This document shows, piece after piece, positions 1-8,777 of a stretch of 64,000 nt of DNA. The notes below the pieces were generated by a model. It worked only from the letters and a program-made list of their open reading frames with translations. It did no database searches and was not told the DNA's origin. The stretch comes from an uncultured Candidatus Rokubacteria bacterium (GTDB taxonomy: Bacteria; Methylomirabilota; Methylomirabilia; Rokubacteriales; DASRDR01), in the NCBI GenBank assembly GCA_963805625.1, contig CAWDVE010000010.1, positions 704,001-768,000 on the forward strand. The letters run 5' to 3'. The stretch's first letter is position 1; every line of letters starts with the position of its first letter. Both the position numbers and the translations under genes were made by a program.

Positions 1-935
1 GGGTCGACCCGGCCCGCCTCGACGTCGACCAGGACCCGCTCGAGTGCCCCGCCGTCCGCGAGCGCCCTGTCCACCTCCTGGCGCAGCTCGGCCAGGATGA
101 GGGCACGCAGCTCCCGCGCGCGGCGCGCCTGTCGCCGGTGCTCGAGGACGCCGCTCGATTCGAGCACCGCGCGGTGGCGCCCGATCGCCTCCAGGAGCTC
201 GACGACGCCCACGTCGTGAATGGCCTCCGTCGAGAGGATCGGCACCTCCCAGTCGAGGTCCCGCGAAGCCTGCTGGCCTTCCCGGTGCACGTGGACCATG
301 TACTTGAGCTCGGTGAGGAGCCGCGGCGCGCCTTCCCGGTCGGCCTTGTTGACGACGAGGAGGTCCGCCGCTTCGAGCAGGCCCGCCTTCATGGTCTGGA
401 TGCCGTCACCGGATTCGGGCACGAGCACCACGACCGTCGTGTCCGCCAGCCTGACGATGTCGAGCTCGGTCTGGCCGACTCCCACGGTCTCGACGAGGAC
501 CCAGTCGAAGCCGGCGGCGTCGAGGAGCTTCTGCGTCTCGGCGGTGGCGCGGGCGAGGCCCCCGAGGCTGCCCCGCGTGGCCATGCTCCGGATGAACACG
601 CCCGAGTCGAGCGTGTGGGCCTGCATCCTGATCCGGTCCCCGAGGACTGCGCCGCCGGTGAACGGGCTCGTCGGGTCGACCGCGATGACGCTGACCGTGG
701 CGCCGCTCTTCCGGATCGCCGCCGTCAGCCGGTCGACCAGCGTGCTCTTCCCCGCTCCCGGAGGCCCGGTGATGCCCACCGTGTAGGCGCGGCCCGTCCG
801 CGGGTGCGCCCGCCGCATGATCTCCGGCACATCCGGCTCGCGGTTCTCGACGCGCGTGATGAGCCGGGCGAGCGCCCGGCGGTCCCCCGCGAGCATCCGG
901 TCGACGAGGAGATCCGCCCGGGTCTCGCCTGTCAC
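1..935 (-). CDS. meaB: Methylmalonyl-CoA mutase-associated GTPase MeaB/ArgK, 3' end runs off the window
   Basis: Not in the ORF track; translated by hand from GTG at 935 (GTGA overlap with the upstream stop). Motifs GITGPPGAGKST, AVDPTSPFTGGAVLGDRIRM, FIRSMATRG, ETVGVGQ, VNKAD. Confidence 0.93.
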   Translation of the reverse strand, partial: MTGETRADLLVDRMLAGDRRALARLITRVENREPDVPEIMRRAHPRTGRAYTVGITGPPGAGKSTLVDRLTAAIRKSGATVSVIAVDPTSPFTGGAVLGDRIRMQAHTLDSGVFIRSMATRGSLGGLARATAETQKLLDAAGFDWVLVETVGVGQTELDIVRLADTTVVVLVPESGDGIQTMKAGLLEAADLLVVNKADREGAPRLLTELKYMVHVHREGQQASRDLDWEVPILSTEAIHDVGVVELLEAIGRHRAVLESSGVLEHRRQARRARELRALILAELRQEVDRALADGGALERVLVDVEAGRVD

Positions 936-2119
936 GCGACCACACCATCCCGCCGGAACGCCGTGATCGTCACCCCGTCGTACCCGAGACCGTGGAGCAG
1001 CTCGTCGGTGTGCTCGCCCAGCTCCGGGGGAGGCGTGACCACGCGCGCGGGCGTTCCGGACATCTGGACCGGGAAGGCGACCTGGCGGACCGGGCCGAGC
1101 TTCGGATGCGCCACCTCCGTGAAGAGGCCGCGGTGGGCCAGCTGGGGGTCCCGGAGGACCTCGTCGAGCGCGAGCACCGGACCCGCGCAGACGTCGGCCT
1201 GATGCAGAAGCTCGACCCACTCGGCACGGGTCCGGGTCCGGAACAGCTCGCGAAGCTCCGCGTCGACCCGATCGCGGTCCGCGCCCTCGACGTGGTGGAG
1301 CGGGCGAAGATCCTCCCGCCCAGCCAGCCGGCAGAAGTTCGCCCAGAATTGAGGCTCGAGCGCCCCCAGCGTCACGTGGCCGCCGTCCGCGGCCTCGTAC
1401 ACGCCGTAGCAAGGCCACCCGCCGTTCAGCCGCTCGCGGGCGCGCTCCGGCACCCGCCCCGTGGCGAAGTAGGCCGCCAGGTGCGGGATCAGCCAGGAGA
1501 CGACGCCGTCCGTCATCGAGACGTCGATGAACTGCCCCTGACCGGACTCATGCCGGTAGTGAAGCGCCGCGCCGATCGCGAACGCCGCCATCAGGGCCCC
1601 GCCTCCGAGGTCGGCGACCTGGACCCCCGGCGTGAGTGATGACCCGTCCCTCGGTCCGCTCACCGACAGGGCGCCCGCGTAGCCCATGTAGTTCACGTCG
1701 TGGCCCACTAGGTTCCGGTACGGGCCATCCTGGCCGTAGCCGGAGATCGCGCAGTAGACCAGCCTCGGGTTCTCCGCCCGGAGCGTCTCCCAGCCAAGCC
1801 CGAGACGGTCCATGACACCCGGCCGGAAGCTCTCGAGGAGGACATCGGCCGTCCCGACGAGCCGGCGGAAGACCGCCTTGCCCGCCTCGGCCTTGAGGTC
1901 GATCGAGATGCTCTTTTTGTTCCGGTTGAGGAGGAGGAAGGTCGCGCCGACATCGGACTCGCCCCAGAAGGGCCGCGTCCGCCGAGCGTAGTCCCCGCGG
2001 CCTGGCTCCTCGACCTTGATCACCTCGGCGCCGAGATCCGCGAAGAGGAGCGAGCAGTACGGACCGGGCAAGAGACGCGAGAGGTCGAGGAACCGGAGGC
2101 CCGCGAACGCGCCCGCCAT
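932..2119 (-). CDS. CaiB/BaiF family III CoA-transferase (alpha-methylacyl-CoA racemase-like)
   Basis: LDLSRLLPGPYC, ADLGAEVIKVE, NRNKKSI, ESFRPGVMDRLGL, GHDVNY, PPELGEHT. Confidence 0.93.
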   Translation of the reverse strand: MAGAFAGLRFLDLSRLLPGPYCSLLFADLGAEVIKVEEPGRGDYARRTRPFWGESDVGATFLLLNRNKKSISIDLKAEAGKAVFRRLVGTADVLLESFRPGVMDRLGLGWETLRAENPRLVYCAISGYGQDGPYRNLVGHDVNYMGYAGALSVSGPRDGSSLTPGVQVADLGGGALMAAFAIGAALHYRHESGQGQFIDVSMTDGVVSWLIPHLAAYFATGRVPERARERLNGGWPCYGVYEAADGGHVTLGALEPQFWANFCRLAGREDLRPLHHVEGADRDRVDAELRELFRTRTRAEWVELLHQADVCAGPVLALDEVLRDPQLAHRGLFTEVAHPKLGPVRQVAFPVQMSGTPARVVTPPPELGEHTDELLHGLGYDGVTITAFRRDGVVA

Positions 2120-2160
2120 GAGGGTGATTATAGGGTCAGGCTTTGACTTTCCGACAACTC

Positions 2161-2328
2161 GGCCCGGCGTCCGCGAGACACGCGCATCTCGTGCCGAACC
2201 CGAAAGCTGGAGGTGGCTCGTACACAGGTGAAGGCCCGGTTCCGAGGATCGCGGCCCTCAGGACTCCGGCAGGTTGAACTGTGTAGAAGCGGGGGCCCTG
2301 GTGGTTACGATCGCCGGGGTGCCGGACC
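2161..2328. ncRNA. Candidate structured RNA (long imperfect hairpin, loosely 6S-like)
   Basis: Nested complementarity found by eye: 2221-2227/2279-2285, 2236-2239/2266-2269, 2241-2247/2256-2263, and possibly 2164-2172/2317-2325. Family not confirmed. Confidence 0.3.
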
Positions 2329-2344
2329 AGCGCCCCGGCGATCG
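2308..2344. terminator. GC-rich hairpin downstream of the cytochrome c' gene
   Basis: cgatcgccgggg (2308-2319) and ccccggcgatcg (2333-2344) form a perfect 12-bp inverted repeat; no clear U-tract. Confidence 0.55.
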
Positions 2345-2363
2345 CGGGAAGGCGCTGAAGCGT

Positions 2364-2834
2364 CTAGTTGATCGGCTTCCGGAATGTCGTGTGGCAGGTG
2401 GCGCACGTCGTGCGGCCGAAGTCCTTCATCAAGGCCTCGACCTTCGGCTGATCCTTGGCCCGGGCGGCGTCGCGAATTTCCTCGGCCTTCGCTTGCAGGG
2501 TCTTGGCCACTTCCTCGAACTCGGACCGCTTCTCCCAGATCTCGGGCTTGGCGTTCGACTTGTCCGTCATGGAGCCCTGCGGAAAGAGCGACGGGATGTG
2601 CTGGGCGTTGATCGCGATCGTTTCGGCGTTGACGGCGATCGCCTCGATCTGCCCGGCCTTGAGCTTGTCGTTCATGTCCCGGGCGCTGGCACCGTTCAGC
2701 TTCATCAGCCGCTGGCGATCGGCGACCAAGTCGCCGGAACCAACCTTCATCTGAGCCTGGCTGACCGCGCTCCCGGCGAGCAGAACGGCCAGACCCCCGA
2801 CCACGATACTGACACGAGCGGCAACGCGCTTCAT
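2364..2834 (-). CDS. Cytochrome c' (class II, c556-like)
   Basis: Signal peptide MKRVAARVSIVVGGLAVLLAGSAVSQA, RQRLMK, AKPEIWE and C-terminal CATCH; GGAGG SD before ATG 2834. Confidence 0.92.
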   Translation of the reverse strand: MKRVAARVSIVVGGLAVLLAGSAVSQAQMKVGSGDLVADRQRLMKLNGASARDMNDKLKAGQIEAIAVNAETIAINAQHIPSLFPQGSMTDKSNAKPEIWEKRSEFEEVAKTLQAKAEEIRDAARAKDQPKVEALMKDFGRTTCATCHTTFRKPIN

Positions 2835-2887
2835 TGGGCCTCCTTCGCGGGACACACTCGGTCCCGGCCGCGTGTGAGGTGCACTCG

Positions 2888-3820
2888 TCATTGCGGGACG
2901 ATCTTGTTGCGCACGGCGGGGATGGTCTTCAGATACCGGGCGATCGCGAGCCGGTCCGGTTTCGTGAGGTGCTTGTAGCCAGCGGCCGTGCCGTCGATCA
3001 TCTCTGCCATCAGCCCTCCGGCGACGTCGCCGTCGGGCTTGTTCCCGGTCTCGAGGAAGTCCGCGATCTCATCCTCGGACCAGGTGAGCCCTGTGTCCTT
3101 GTCCGGGGTGATGTTGGGAACGGGATCGCCTTCCGGGCCCTTTTGACTCCCGCCCAGGAATCGCGAGTTATCCGTGGCGTGCGTCGCCCCGCGCGGCGTG
3201 TGGCACTCGCCACAGTGGCCCACCGCCCGCACGAGGTACTCGCCGCGCGCCAACCCCGAGGTCGGCGCTCTTGGCGGCGGTGCCTCCCGGGGCGCGAAGG
3301 CCGCGAGCCAGGTCGGCAGGAACACGCTCTCGAACAGCGGCACGGTGATCTTCTTCGGGGTGTTCACGCGGTTGACCGGGGGGAGGCTCCGGAGGAACGC
3401 GACCAGGGCGCGCAGGTCCTCCTCGGCCATCCCGTTGAACACGGTGTAGGGATGGACCGGGACCAACCGCTCGCCGTTCGGCCGGCGGCCGAGCCGGATG
3501 GCCGTGATGATCTGGTCGTTCGTCCAGCCCCCGATCCCCGTTTGCCGGTCGGGCGTGATGTTCGAGGAGTACACGGTGCCGAACGGCCCGTCGTACTTCC
3601 GGCCGCCGCTGTTCAGGGGCCGGTCCTTCTCGGTGTGGCAGCCACAGCCGCCCGCCGCCCCGAACACGTACTTCCCGCGGGCCACGGGGTCGGAGGCGGG
3701 TGGGCCCTGCGCCGAGGCCGGCGAACACGCCAGCACACCCAGCAGAAGCGAGAGGAGCGAGGTCGACACCAGGCCCAGTTGCCACCGTACGTATCCCCGA
3801 GGGGTCATGACCCTATCCAC
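2888..3820 (-). CDS. Diheme cytochrome c (gluconate/alcohol dehydrogenase cytochrome subunit-like)
   Basis: Two heme motifs CGCH and CGECH; FGTVYSSNITPD..TGIG and PNITPD; signal peptide. Start could be 3808. Confidence 0.88.
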   Translation of the reverse strand: MDRVMTPRGYVRWQLGLVSTSLLSLLLGVLACSPASAQGPPASDPVARGKYVFGAAGGCGCHTEKDRPLNSGGRKYDGPFGTVYSSNITPDRQTGIGGWTNDQIITAIRLGRRPNGERLVPVHPYTVFNGMAEEDLRALVAFLRSLPPVNRVNTPKKITVPLFESVFLPTWLAAFAPREAPPPRAPTSGLARGEYLVRAVGHCGECHTPRGATHATDNSRFLGGSQKGPEGDPVPNITPDKDTGLTWSEDEIADFLETGNKPDGDVAGGLMAEMIDGTAAGYKHLTKPDRLAIARYLKTIPAVRNKIVPQ

Positions 3821-3829
3821 TAGAACGCG

Positions 3830-4381
3830 TCAACCGGTGGACGGGTTCCAGTGACTCGATGCGTCCGCCTGGGTCTCGGCCGCGAACAGCCCCTCGTCGA
3901 GGCGAGCCTCCAGGAGCAGCGCATCCTCGCCCGTATCGATGTAGTATCCCCGGCGCCTGCCCACCTCCTGGAATCCCAGGCTCCGGTAGAGCCGACGCGC
4001 CTGGACGTTACCCGGGCGCACCTCCAGGAACGCGCGGCGGGCACCGCTCGCGCGATGGTGCACGAGCAGGGTGCCGAGCAGGAGCCGGCCAATTCCTTCA
4101 CCGCGCCACGCCGGGTCGACGGCGAGGTTCGTCACGTGGACCTCGTCGGCAACCGCCCACAAGCAGAGGTAGCCCACCACCGGAGCCGGCTCACCCGACT
4201 CCCCGGTTCGCCCGCCACGGGCCACCCAGAGGCCTGCGACCCGGTTCCGCTCCAGCTCGTGGAGGAACGCGTGCCGGGACCACGGCGTGTGGAAGGACGC
4301 GCGCTCGATCTCGAGCACCGCCTCGAGATCGGCGGTCCGCATCGGCTCAATCCGGACGTCCGGCACTCTGTCGTCGCGCAC
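3830..4381 (-). CDS. rimI: Ribosomal-protein-alanine N-acetyltransferase RimI
   Basis: EIERASFHTPWS, HVTNLAVDP, FLEVRPGN, RRRGYY..TGEDA; follows tsaB. Start is GTG 4381 or ATG 4342. Confidence 0.9.
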   Translation of the reverse strand: MRDDRVPDVRIEPMRTADLEAVLEIERASFHTPWSRHAFLHELERNRVAGLWVARGGRTGESGEPAPVVGYLCLWAVADEVHVTNLAVDPAWRGEGIGRLLLGTLLVHHRASGARRAFLEVRPGNVQARRLYRSLGFQEVGRRRGYYIDTGEDALLLEARLDEGLFAAETQADASSHWNPSTG

Positions 4382-5066
4382 GCGTGAGCTCCGCCTCCGA
4401 GGGGCGCAAGTACAGGGGTACGAGGCTCGCCGCGTCCACAGTCTCGCCGCGGTCAAGCGCCCGGCCGGCGAGCTCTCCGACCGTGACGGCCGAGGGCCCC
4501 CGGAGGTCGGCCGGCGCCAGACAGGCGCGTGTCCCGAGAATCTTGCCGAGGACCGCCGCGAAGGGCCCGACCCCGTCGCCCACGAAGACGACAGGACCAT
4601 CCGTCGTGGCCCGGAGCTCCTCCGCCAGAGTCGCGGGGGCCACGGCACGCGGGGCCTCCAGGAGCTCGAGCCGCCCGTCGCGCGTCCGGTAGAGCGCCGC
4701 GTACACTTCGTTCTTCCTCGCATCGAGGACGGGACACACGGGGTAGGCGCAGTACGGCAGCCGCCAGGCCAGCGCGTCGAGTGTCCCGACGCCGACTGCC
4801 GGCTTGCCGGTGGCGAACGCAAGGCCCTTGACCGTGCTGAGCCCGATCCGGAGGCCGGTGAACGACCCAGGACCCCGCGCGACGGCGAAAGCGTCGACGT
4901 CGGCGAGCTCCCACCGGGCCGCTCGGAGCACGCCGTCGATCGCCGCCATCAAGCGCTCCCCATGCGTGACCGCCACGCTCACCCGGAACTCGGCCACGAC
5001 ACCTCCTGCCTCGAGGAGCGCGACCGCGCCCGTCAACGTCGACGTCTCGACCGCGAGGAGTCGCAT
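4347..5066 (-). CDS. tsaB: tRNA threonylcarbamoyladenosine biosynthesis protein TsaB
   Basis: LLAVETST, GPGSFTGLRIG, LDARKNEVY, PLYLRPSEAE. Confidence 0.95.
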   Translation of the reverse strand: MRLLAVETSTLTGAVALLEAGGVVAEFRVSVAVTHGERLMAAIDGVLRAARWELADVDAFAVARGPGSFTGLRIGLSTVKGLAFATGKPAVGVGTLDALAWRLPYCAYPVCPVLDARKNEVYAALYRTRDGRLELLEAPRAVAPATLAEELRATTDGPVVFVGDGVGPFAAVLGKILGTRACLAPADLRGPSAVTVGELAGRALDRGETVDAASLVPLYLRPSEAELTRARRQSAGRPD

Positions 5067-5194
5067 CACGCCAGTCTAGCGACCCCTTGGAACGAGCGTC
5101 AAGGAACGACCCGCAACCCCACGTCCCAGTTGACACGCCGACCCTCGCGGGCCAGGATAGTCGGGCCACCACAGTCGCGATCACCGGCGGGGAG

Positions 5195-5407
5195 ATGCTG
5201 CGGCGCCCGAGCGGAGCGGTCCGGTTCTGCAACAACCCCGCGTGCGAACGTTGTGACCAGCATCTCCGCCCGGGGGAGATCCTCCGGAAGGACGGGTGCG
5301 AGGTATGCCCCGCATGCCACGAGGAACTGGTGACCCAGGAACCCCGGCCCCGTCCCGCGGTGCGGGCGATCCGCGCCGCCCGCCCGAGCGGGCGACCCCG
5401 GCCCTGA
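5195..5407 (+). CDS. Small Cys-rich protein (70 aa), possible zinc ribbon
   Basis: ATG 5195 follows GGGGAG; contains CNNPACERC...CEVCPACHEEL and an Arg/Pro tail. Confidence 0.6.
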   Translation: MLRRPSGAVRFCNNPACERCDQHLRPGEILRKDGCEVCPACHEELVTQEPRPRPAVRAIRAARPSGRPRP

Positions 5408-6141
5408 CGGACCGTCGAAGCCTGCCCCCTCGCTCCCGCCCCACAGCATCGCCGGGAGGGGCCGCCGCGGGCGTCGCCGGGCCCGATTCCGGCGCGCGGG
5501 AGAAGATCCACCTCGAGATCCTCCGGCGGACCGGTGCCTACCGGACGGGCGATCACTTCCTCCTGCCCTCGGGCCACCACGCCCCGGAGTTCATCGACAA
5601 GGCGCTGGTCACCACCGAACCGTCGTTCACCGAGGGCCTGGGCGACGTCATCGCGACGCACTTCGCCCCCTGGCCGGCGGACGTCGTGCTCTCAACGGGG
5701 CCGGGCGCTCTGATCCTCGCCCACTGCGTGGCCCGGGTCCTGCCGTCCCGACCCATCCTCGTCTACGCGACCAAGGGATTCACCGGGCAAGGGCGGCGGG
5801 TACGGCTGCCCGACGAGTTCACGCGCTTCGTCCGCAAGGGCAGCAAGGTCCTCATCGTGGAGGACCTCATCACGACGGGCGAGACGATCCGCCTCCTGAT
5901 CCAGATGGTCGAGCAGGCGGGAGGCACGGTTGTCGGCATCGGGTGCCTCTGGCAGCGTGCGACGAAGGTCGACCTGGGGAAGGACGTCTTCAGCCTGGTC
6001 AAGCGGGACTTCCCCACCTACGAGCCGGGAAGCTGCCCGCTGTGCGCGCGGAGCCTGGCGCTCAACGTCGAGTTCGCGCGCGCCGAGCCCCCGACCGAGG
6101 AGCCGCTCGAGCCGCCGCGCCCGCGGCGGCGCTCGTCCTAG
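5404..6141 (+). CDS. pyrE: Orotate phosphoribosyltransferase-like type I PRTase (start uncertain)
   Basis: GDHFLLPSGHH, PRPP loop VLIVEDLITTGET, C-terminal YEPGSCPLC. Only upstream ATG/GTG codons (5296-5314) or CTG 5404 are available as starts. Confidence 0.72.
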   Translation: MTDRRSLPPRSRPTASPGGAAAGVAGPDSGAREKIHLEILRRTGAYRTGDHFLLPSGHHAPEFIDKALVTTEPSFTEGLGDVIATHFAPWPADVVLSTGPGALILAHCVARVLPSRPILVYATKGFTGQGRRVRLPDEFTRFVRKGSKVLIVEDLITTGETIRLLIQMVEQAGGTVVGIGCLWQRATKVDLGKDVFSLVKRDFPTYEPGSCPLCARSLALNVEFARAEPPTEEPLEPPRPRRRSS

Positions 6142-6202
6142 ACCCGGAGCCGGCTCGCGGCCGCCGGGGCGACCCCGCGGGGGCGCCGCTGGGCGCGGTA
6201 CG

Positions 6203-8326
6203 TCAGGACGGGATGGGCTCCGACGAGCGGACCGACTGTGACGCCGGCACGAGTGCTGCGTCCACGGCCGTCTCGAACGCCTGCCGCAGCCGCTCGAGCC
6301 GCCGCGTGAAGGTCAATCCGATCCGGGCAAAGGCCTCGAACACCGCCTCGCGTCCGCCGTCGATCGAGAGATGGACGACGCGGGGCAGCTTGTCCAGGTC
6401 CGCCTGGACGCGCTCCTGGAGCTGCTGGACTACCTGGTGCAGCTCCTCCTTGCCCTTGCGAACCGACCCGAAGATCGGCAGGACGAAGAGGTCCGCACGG
6501 TCCTTCAGCCGCGAGAGCGCCGCGGTGGCCACGGGAATGACCTCGACGCCGAGCTCGTCCAGGTAACGGCGGAGACATTCCCCCACCTTGTCGGTGAGGA
6601 ACGCCTCGGGGACCGCCACCGCGCGGCGGAGACCCGGCCGGAACCAGGCAAGACCCGGGGCGAGCCACGGCCGTCCGGCCCCCGCCTCGCGCCGAAGGCT
6701 CTCCAGGTAGGCCGGGCCGAACTCGCCCTCCCACCACCGCTCGAGCGACCTGTCCGCAAACGGCGACTGCGGCGCCACCGTCTCCGGATCCCCATGGACC
6801 TCGGTCACGTACTCGTGGAAGTGCTTGTGGGCGATCATGTACGAGATCGCGTCCACGAGCCGCTCGGTGGACCATTTCTCGCCCATGGAAGCCCGCATCG
6901 TCCGGATGAAGGCCCGGCGACGGACGCTGTCGGTCGTCAGAAGGAAGTGCCGCGCCACCTTGAGGGCGATCCGCGCGAGGTCCCAGTCGAACCGGTTGGC
7001 CGCCCGCGTCTCCCGCTCCGGCCGCGGCTGGAAGGGCCGGAGGGCCTGGACCACGCGCGCGGCGTAGTTGTCGTAGCGGTAGAGCGACCGGATGAGCCAG
7101 TTGTAGCCGCGCTGGACCTCCGGGACGGTCATGAGCTTCGGGGTGAAGTTGAGGTCGGCGGCACCATGACCCATCACCGAGGCCGAGTCGTACGGCAGCA
7201 GTCGCCCCTCCTTCTCGAGCCGCGCGTGGAGCGGCGTTTTCTCGATCGCCGTCAGGACCCCGCACGTCGTGAAGGGGATGCCGGCCTCCATCAGGAAGTC
7301 GAACTGCTCCTCGAAGATCCGATGGTCGTCGTGGTCGAAGCCGACGATCATGCCGGCGACGATCATGAGGTTGTGCGACTGGATCAGCCGGATGCTGTCG
7401 AGCAGCGGCCGGTGGGCGTTCTGCCGCTTCTTCGACTCCATCAGGCTGTCGATGCGCGGGGACTCGATCCCGACGAAGATGCTCGTGAAGTTCGCGTCGC
7501 GCAGGAGCTCGAGCAGCCGGGGCCGTTCCGCCACCGTGATGGTCATCTCGGCCGAGAACTGGATGGGATAGTTGTTCTTCCGGCCGAAGTCCCCGAGGGC
7601 CTCCAGGAGCTGCTCCGCGAACTTCTGGTTCCCGATCAGGTTGGCGTCGGAGAAGCTCACGTACTTCCCGCCGAGCGCCGCGACCGTCTCGATCTCCTTG
7701 AGGATCTGCGGAATCGACTTCAGGCGCGGCACGCGGCCGTCGGTGATGATGATGTCGCAGAACTCGCACGCGAACGGGCAGCCGCGGGTCGTCTGCACGA
7801 AGTAGTAGAGGTAGTCGCCCTTGCGGATGAGATCGAACCGCGGCACCGGCGAGAGGCGCATGTCGATGTTGCCGACCTGCTTGTAGACGGGCTTGGGAGT
7901 TCCGGCCCGGAGGTCTTGGCAGAACTGCGGCCACGTGATCTCGGTCTCACCGTCGAACACGACGTCGAACGTCCCGTCCGTGAACCGCTCCGGGCAGAGC
8001 GTCGGATACGGCCCGCCCACGACGACCATCTTCCCGCGGCGGCGAAACTCCCTCGCCAGCTCGTGGGCCCGGTGGTACTGGACGTTCCAGCACCCGATCG
8101 CCACCACGTCGGCGTCGGTGTCGAGATTGATCGTCTCGACGTTCTCGTCCTGGAGCTCCACCGGAAAGTCGAGCGGCGTCATGCCCGCCACCGTCGCCAG
8201 CCCGAGCGGCGCCTGGCCGCAACGCACCCCGACGATCTCGTGGATCCCCTGGAAGCCCCAGAGCGACCGCGGGAACCGCGGATTGACGAACAGGATCTTC
8301 GGGGTCTTTTCGGCCAAGGAGATCAT
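6203..8326 (-). CDS. Cobalamin-binding radical SAM protein (HpnP/DUF4070-like) with an extra C-terminal domain
   Basis: B12-binding N-terminus (PLGLATVAG, VVVGGPYPT, FDGETE), QTTRGCPFACEFCD, FVGIESP, GMIVGFDHD. Confidence 0.9.
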   Translation of the reverse strand: MISLAEKTPKILFVNPRFPRSLWGFQGIHEIVGVRCGQAPLGLATVAGMTPLDFPVELQDENVETINLDTDADVVAIGCWNVQYHRAHELAREFRRRGKMVVVGGPYPTLCPERFTDGTFDVVFDGETEITWPQFCQDLRAGTPKPVYKQVGNIDMRLSPVPRFDLIRKGDYLYYFVQTTRGCPFACEFCDIIITDGRVPRLKSIPQILKEIETVAALGGKYVSFSDANLIGNQKFAEQLLEALGDFGRKNNYPIQFSAEMTITVAERPRLLELLRDANFTSIFVGIESPRIDSLMESKKRQNAHRPLLDSIRLIQSHNLMIVAGMIVGFDHDDHRIFEEQFDFLMEAGIPFTTCGVLTAIEKTPLHARLEKEGRLLPYDSASVMGHGAADLNFTPKLMTVPEVQRGYNWLIRSLYRYDNYAARVVQALRPFQPRPERETRAANRFDWDLARIALKVARHFLLTTDSVRRRAFIRTMRASMGEKWSTERLVDAISYMIAHKHFHEYVTEVHGDPETVAPQSPFADRSLERWWEGEFGPAYLESLRREAGAGRPWLAPGLAWFRPGLRRAVAVPEAFLTDKVGECLRRYLDELGVEVIPVATAALSRLKDRADLFVLPIFGSVRKGKEELHQVVQQLQERVQADLDKLPRVVHLSIDGGREAVFEAFARIGLTFTRRLERLRQAFETAVDAALVPASQSVRSSEPIPS

Positions 8327-8386
8327 GCCGAGCCTCCGTGGGAGAGTCACGCCGAGCGTGCTGAAACGTCGGTTAACAACTGCCAC

Positions 8387-8416
8387 ACCGTAGCATCCAG
8401 CTTCGCGCCCTGTCAA
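8387..8416 (-). promoter_or_regulatory. Sigma70 promoter of the radical SAM gene
   Basis: Minus strand TTGACA (8416-8411), 18 bp, then TACGGT (8392-8387) preceded by TGC. Confidence 0.5.
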
Positions 8417-8536
8417 CGCCGCCGCGTCCGCGCGGGGTGGTTTGGCGCGTCTTTCTGTCGCCGGACCCTCAGCTGGGCAATATACCACCCGTAGGGGGCA
8501 TTGGCGGTCTCCCCCTCTGCCCGTTGCATTTTCCGC

Positions 8537-8566
8537 TTGACAGGGCTGTACCCCCTCCCCTAGGAT
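8537..8566 (+). promoter_or_regulatory. Sigma70 promoter of the Lys-rich micro-gene
   Basis: TTGACA (8537-8542), 18 bp, TAGGAT (8561-8566). Confidence 0.6.
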
Positions 8567-8626
8567 CCCGCCAGAGACGCGCCGCACGTGAACGACGCGG
8601 GCGGCAGAGGAAGGAGGTGACGATCG

Positions 8627-8662
8627 GTGGCGAAGAAGAAGGCGACGAAGAAGAAGAAGTAA
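8627..8662 (+). CDS. Lys-rich micropeptide MAKKKATKKKK (11 aa)
   Basis: SD AAGGAGGTGA (8611-8620), 6 nt, then GTG GCG AAG AAG AAG GCG ACG AAG AAG AAG AAG TAA; flanked by a promoter and a hairpin. Confidence 0.65.
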   Translation: MAKKKATKKKK

Positions 8663-8682
8663 GCGCGGTACCCATTCCACCT

Positions 8683-8721
8683 CGGAGGCCCCGCGGTCGC
8701 ACGGCGGGGCCTCCGCGCTTT
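8683..8721 (+). terminator. Intrinsic terminator-like hairpin after the micro-gene
   Basis: cggaggccccgc (8683-8694) pairs with gcggggcctccg (8704-8715), followed by cgcttt. Confidence 0.65.
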
Positions 8722-8777
8722 CGCGGAAGGCCGGGCACCGCCGGCGAGCCAGTAGGAGCCTCTGGTAGGGTAGCCCC

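Noticed and set aside
138-1202. 354-aa plus-strand ORF
   Set aside because: Antisense shadow of meaB and the CaiB gene, which carry the recognisable motifs.
5305-5320. CPACH as a c-type heme site in the small Cys-rich protein
   Set aside because: No signal peptide, and the additional Cys pairs fit zinc binding better.
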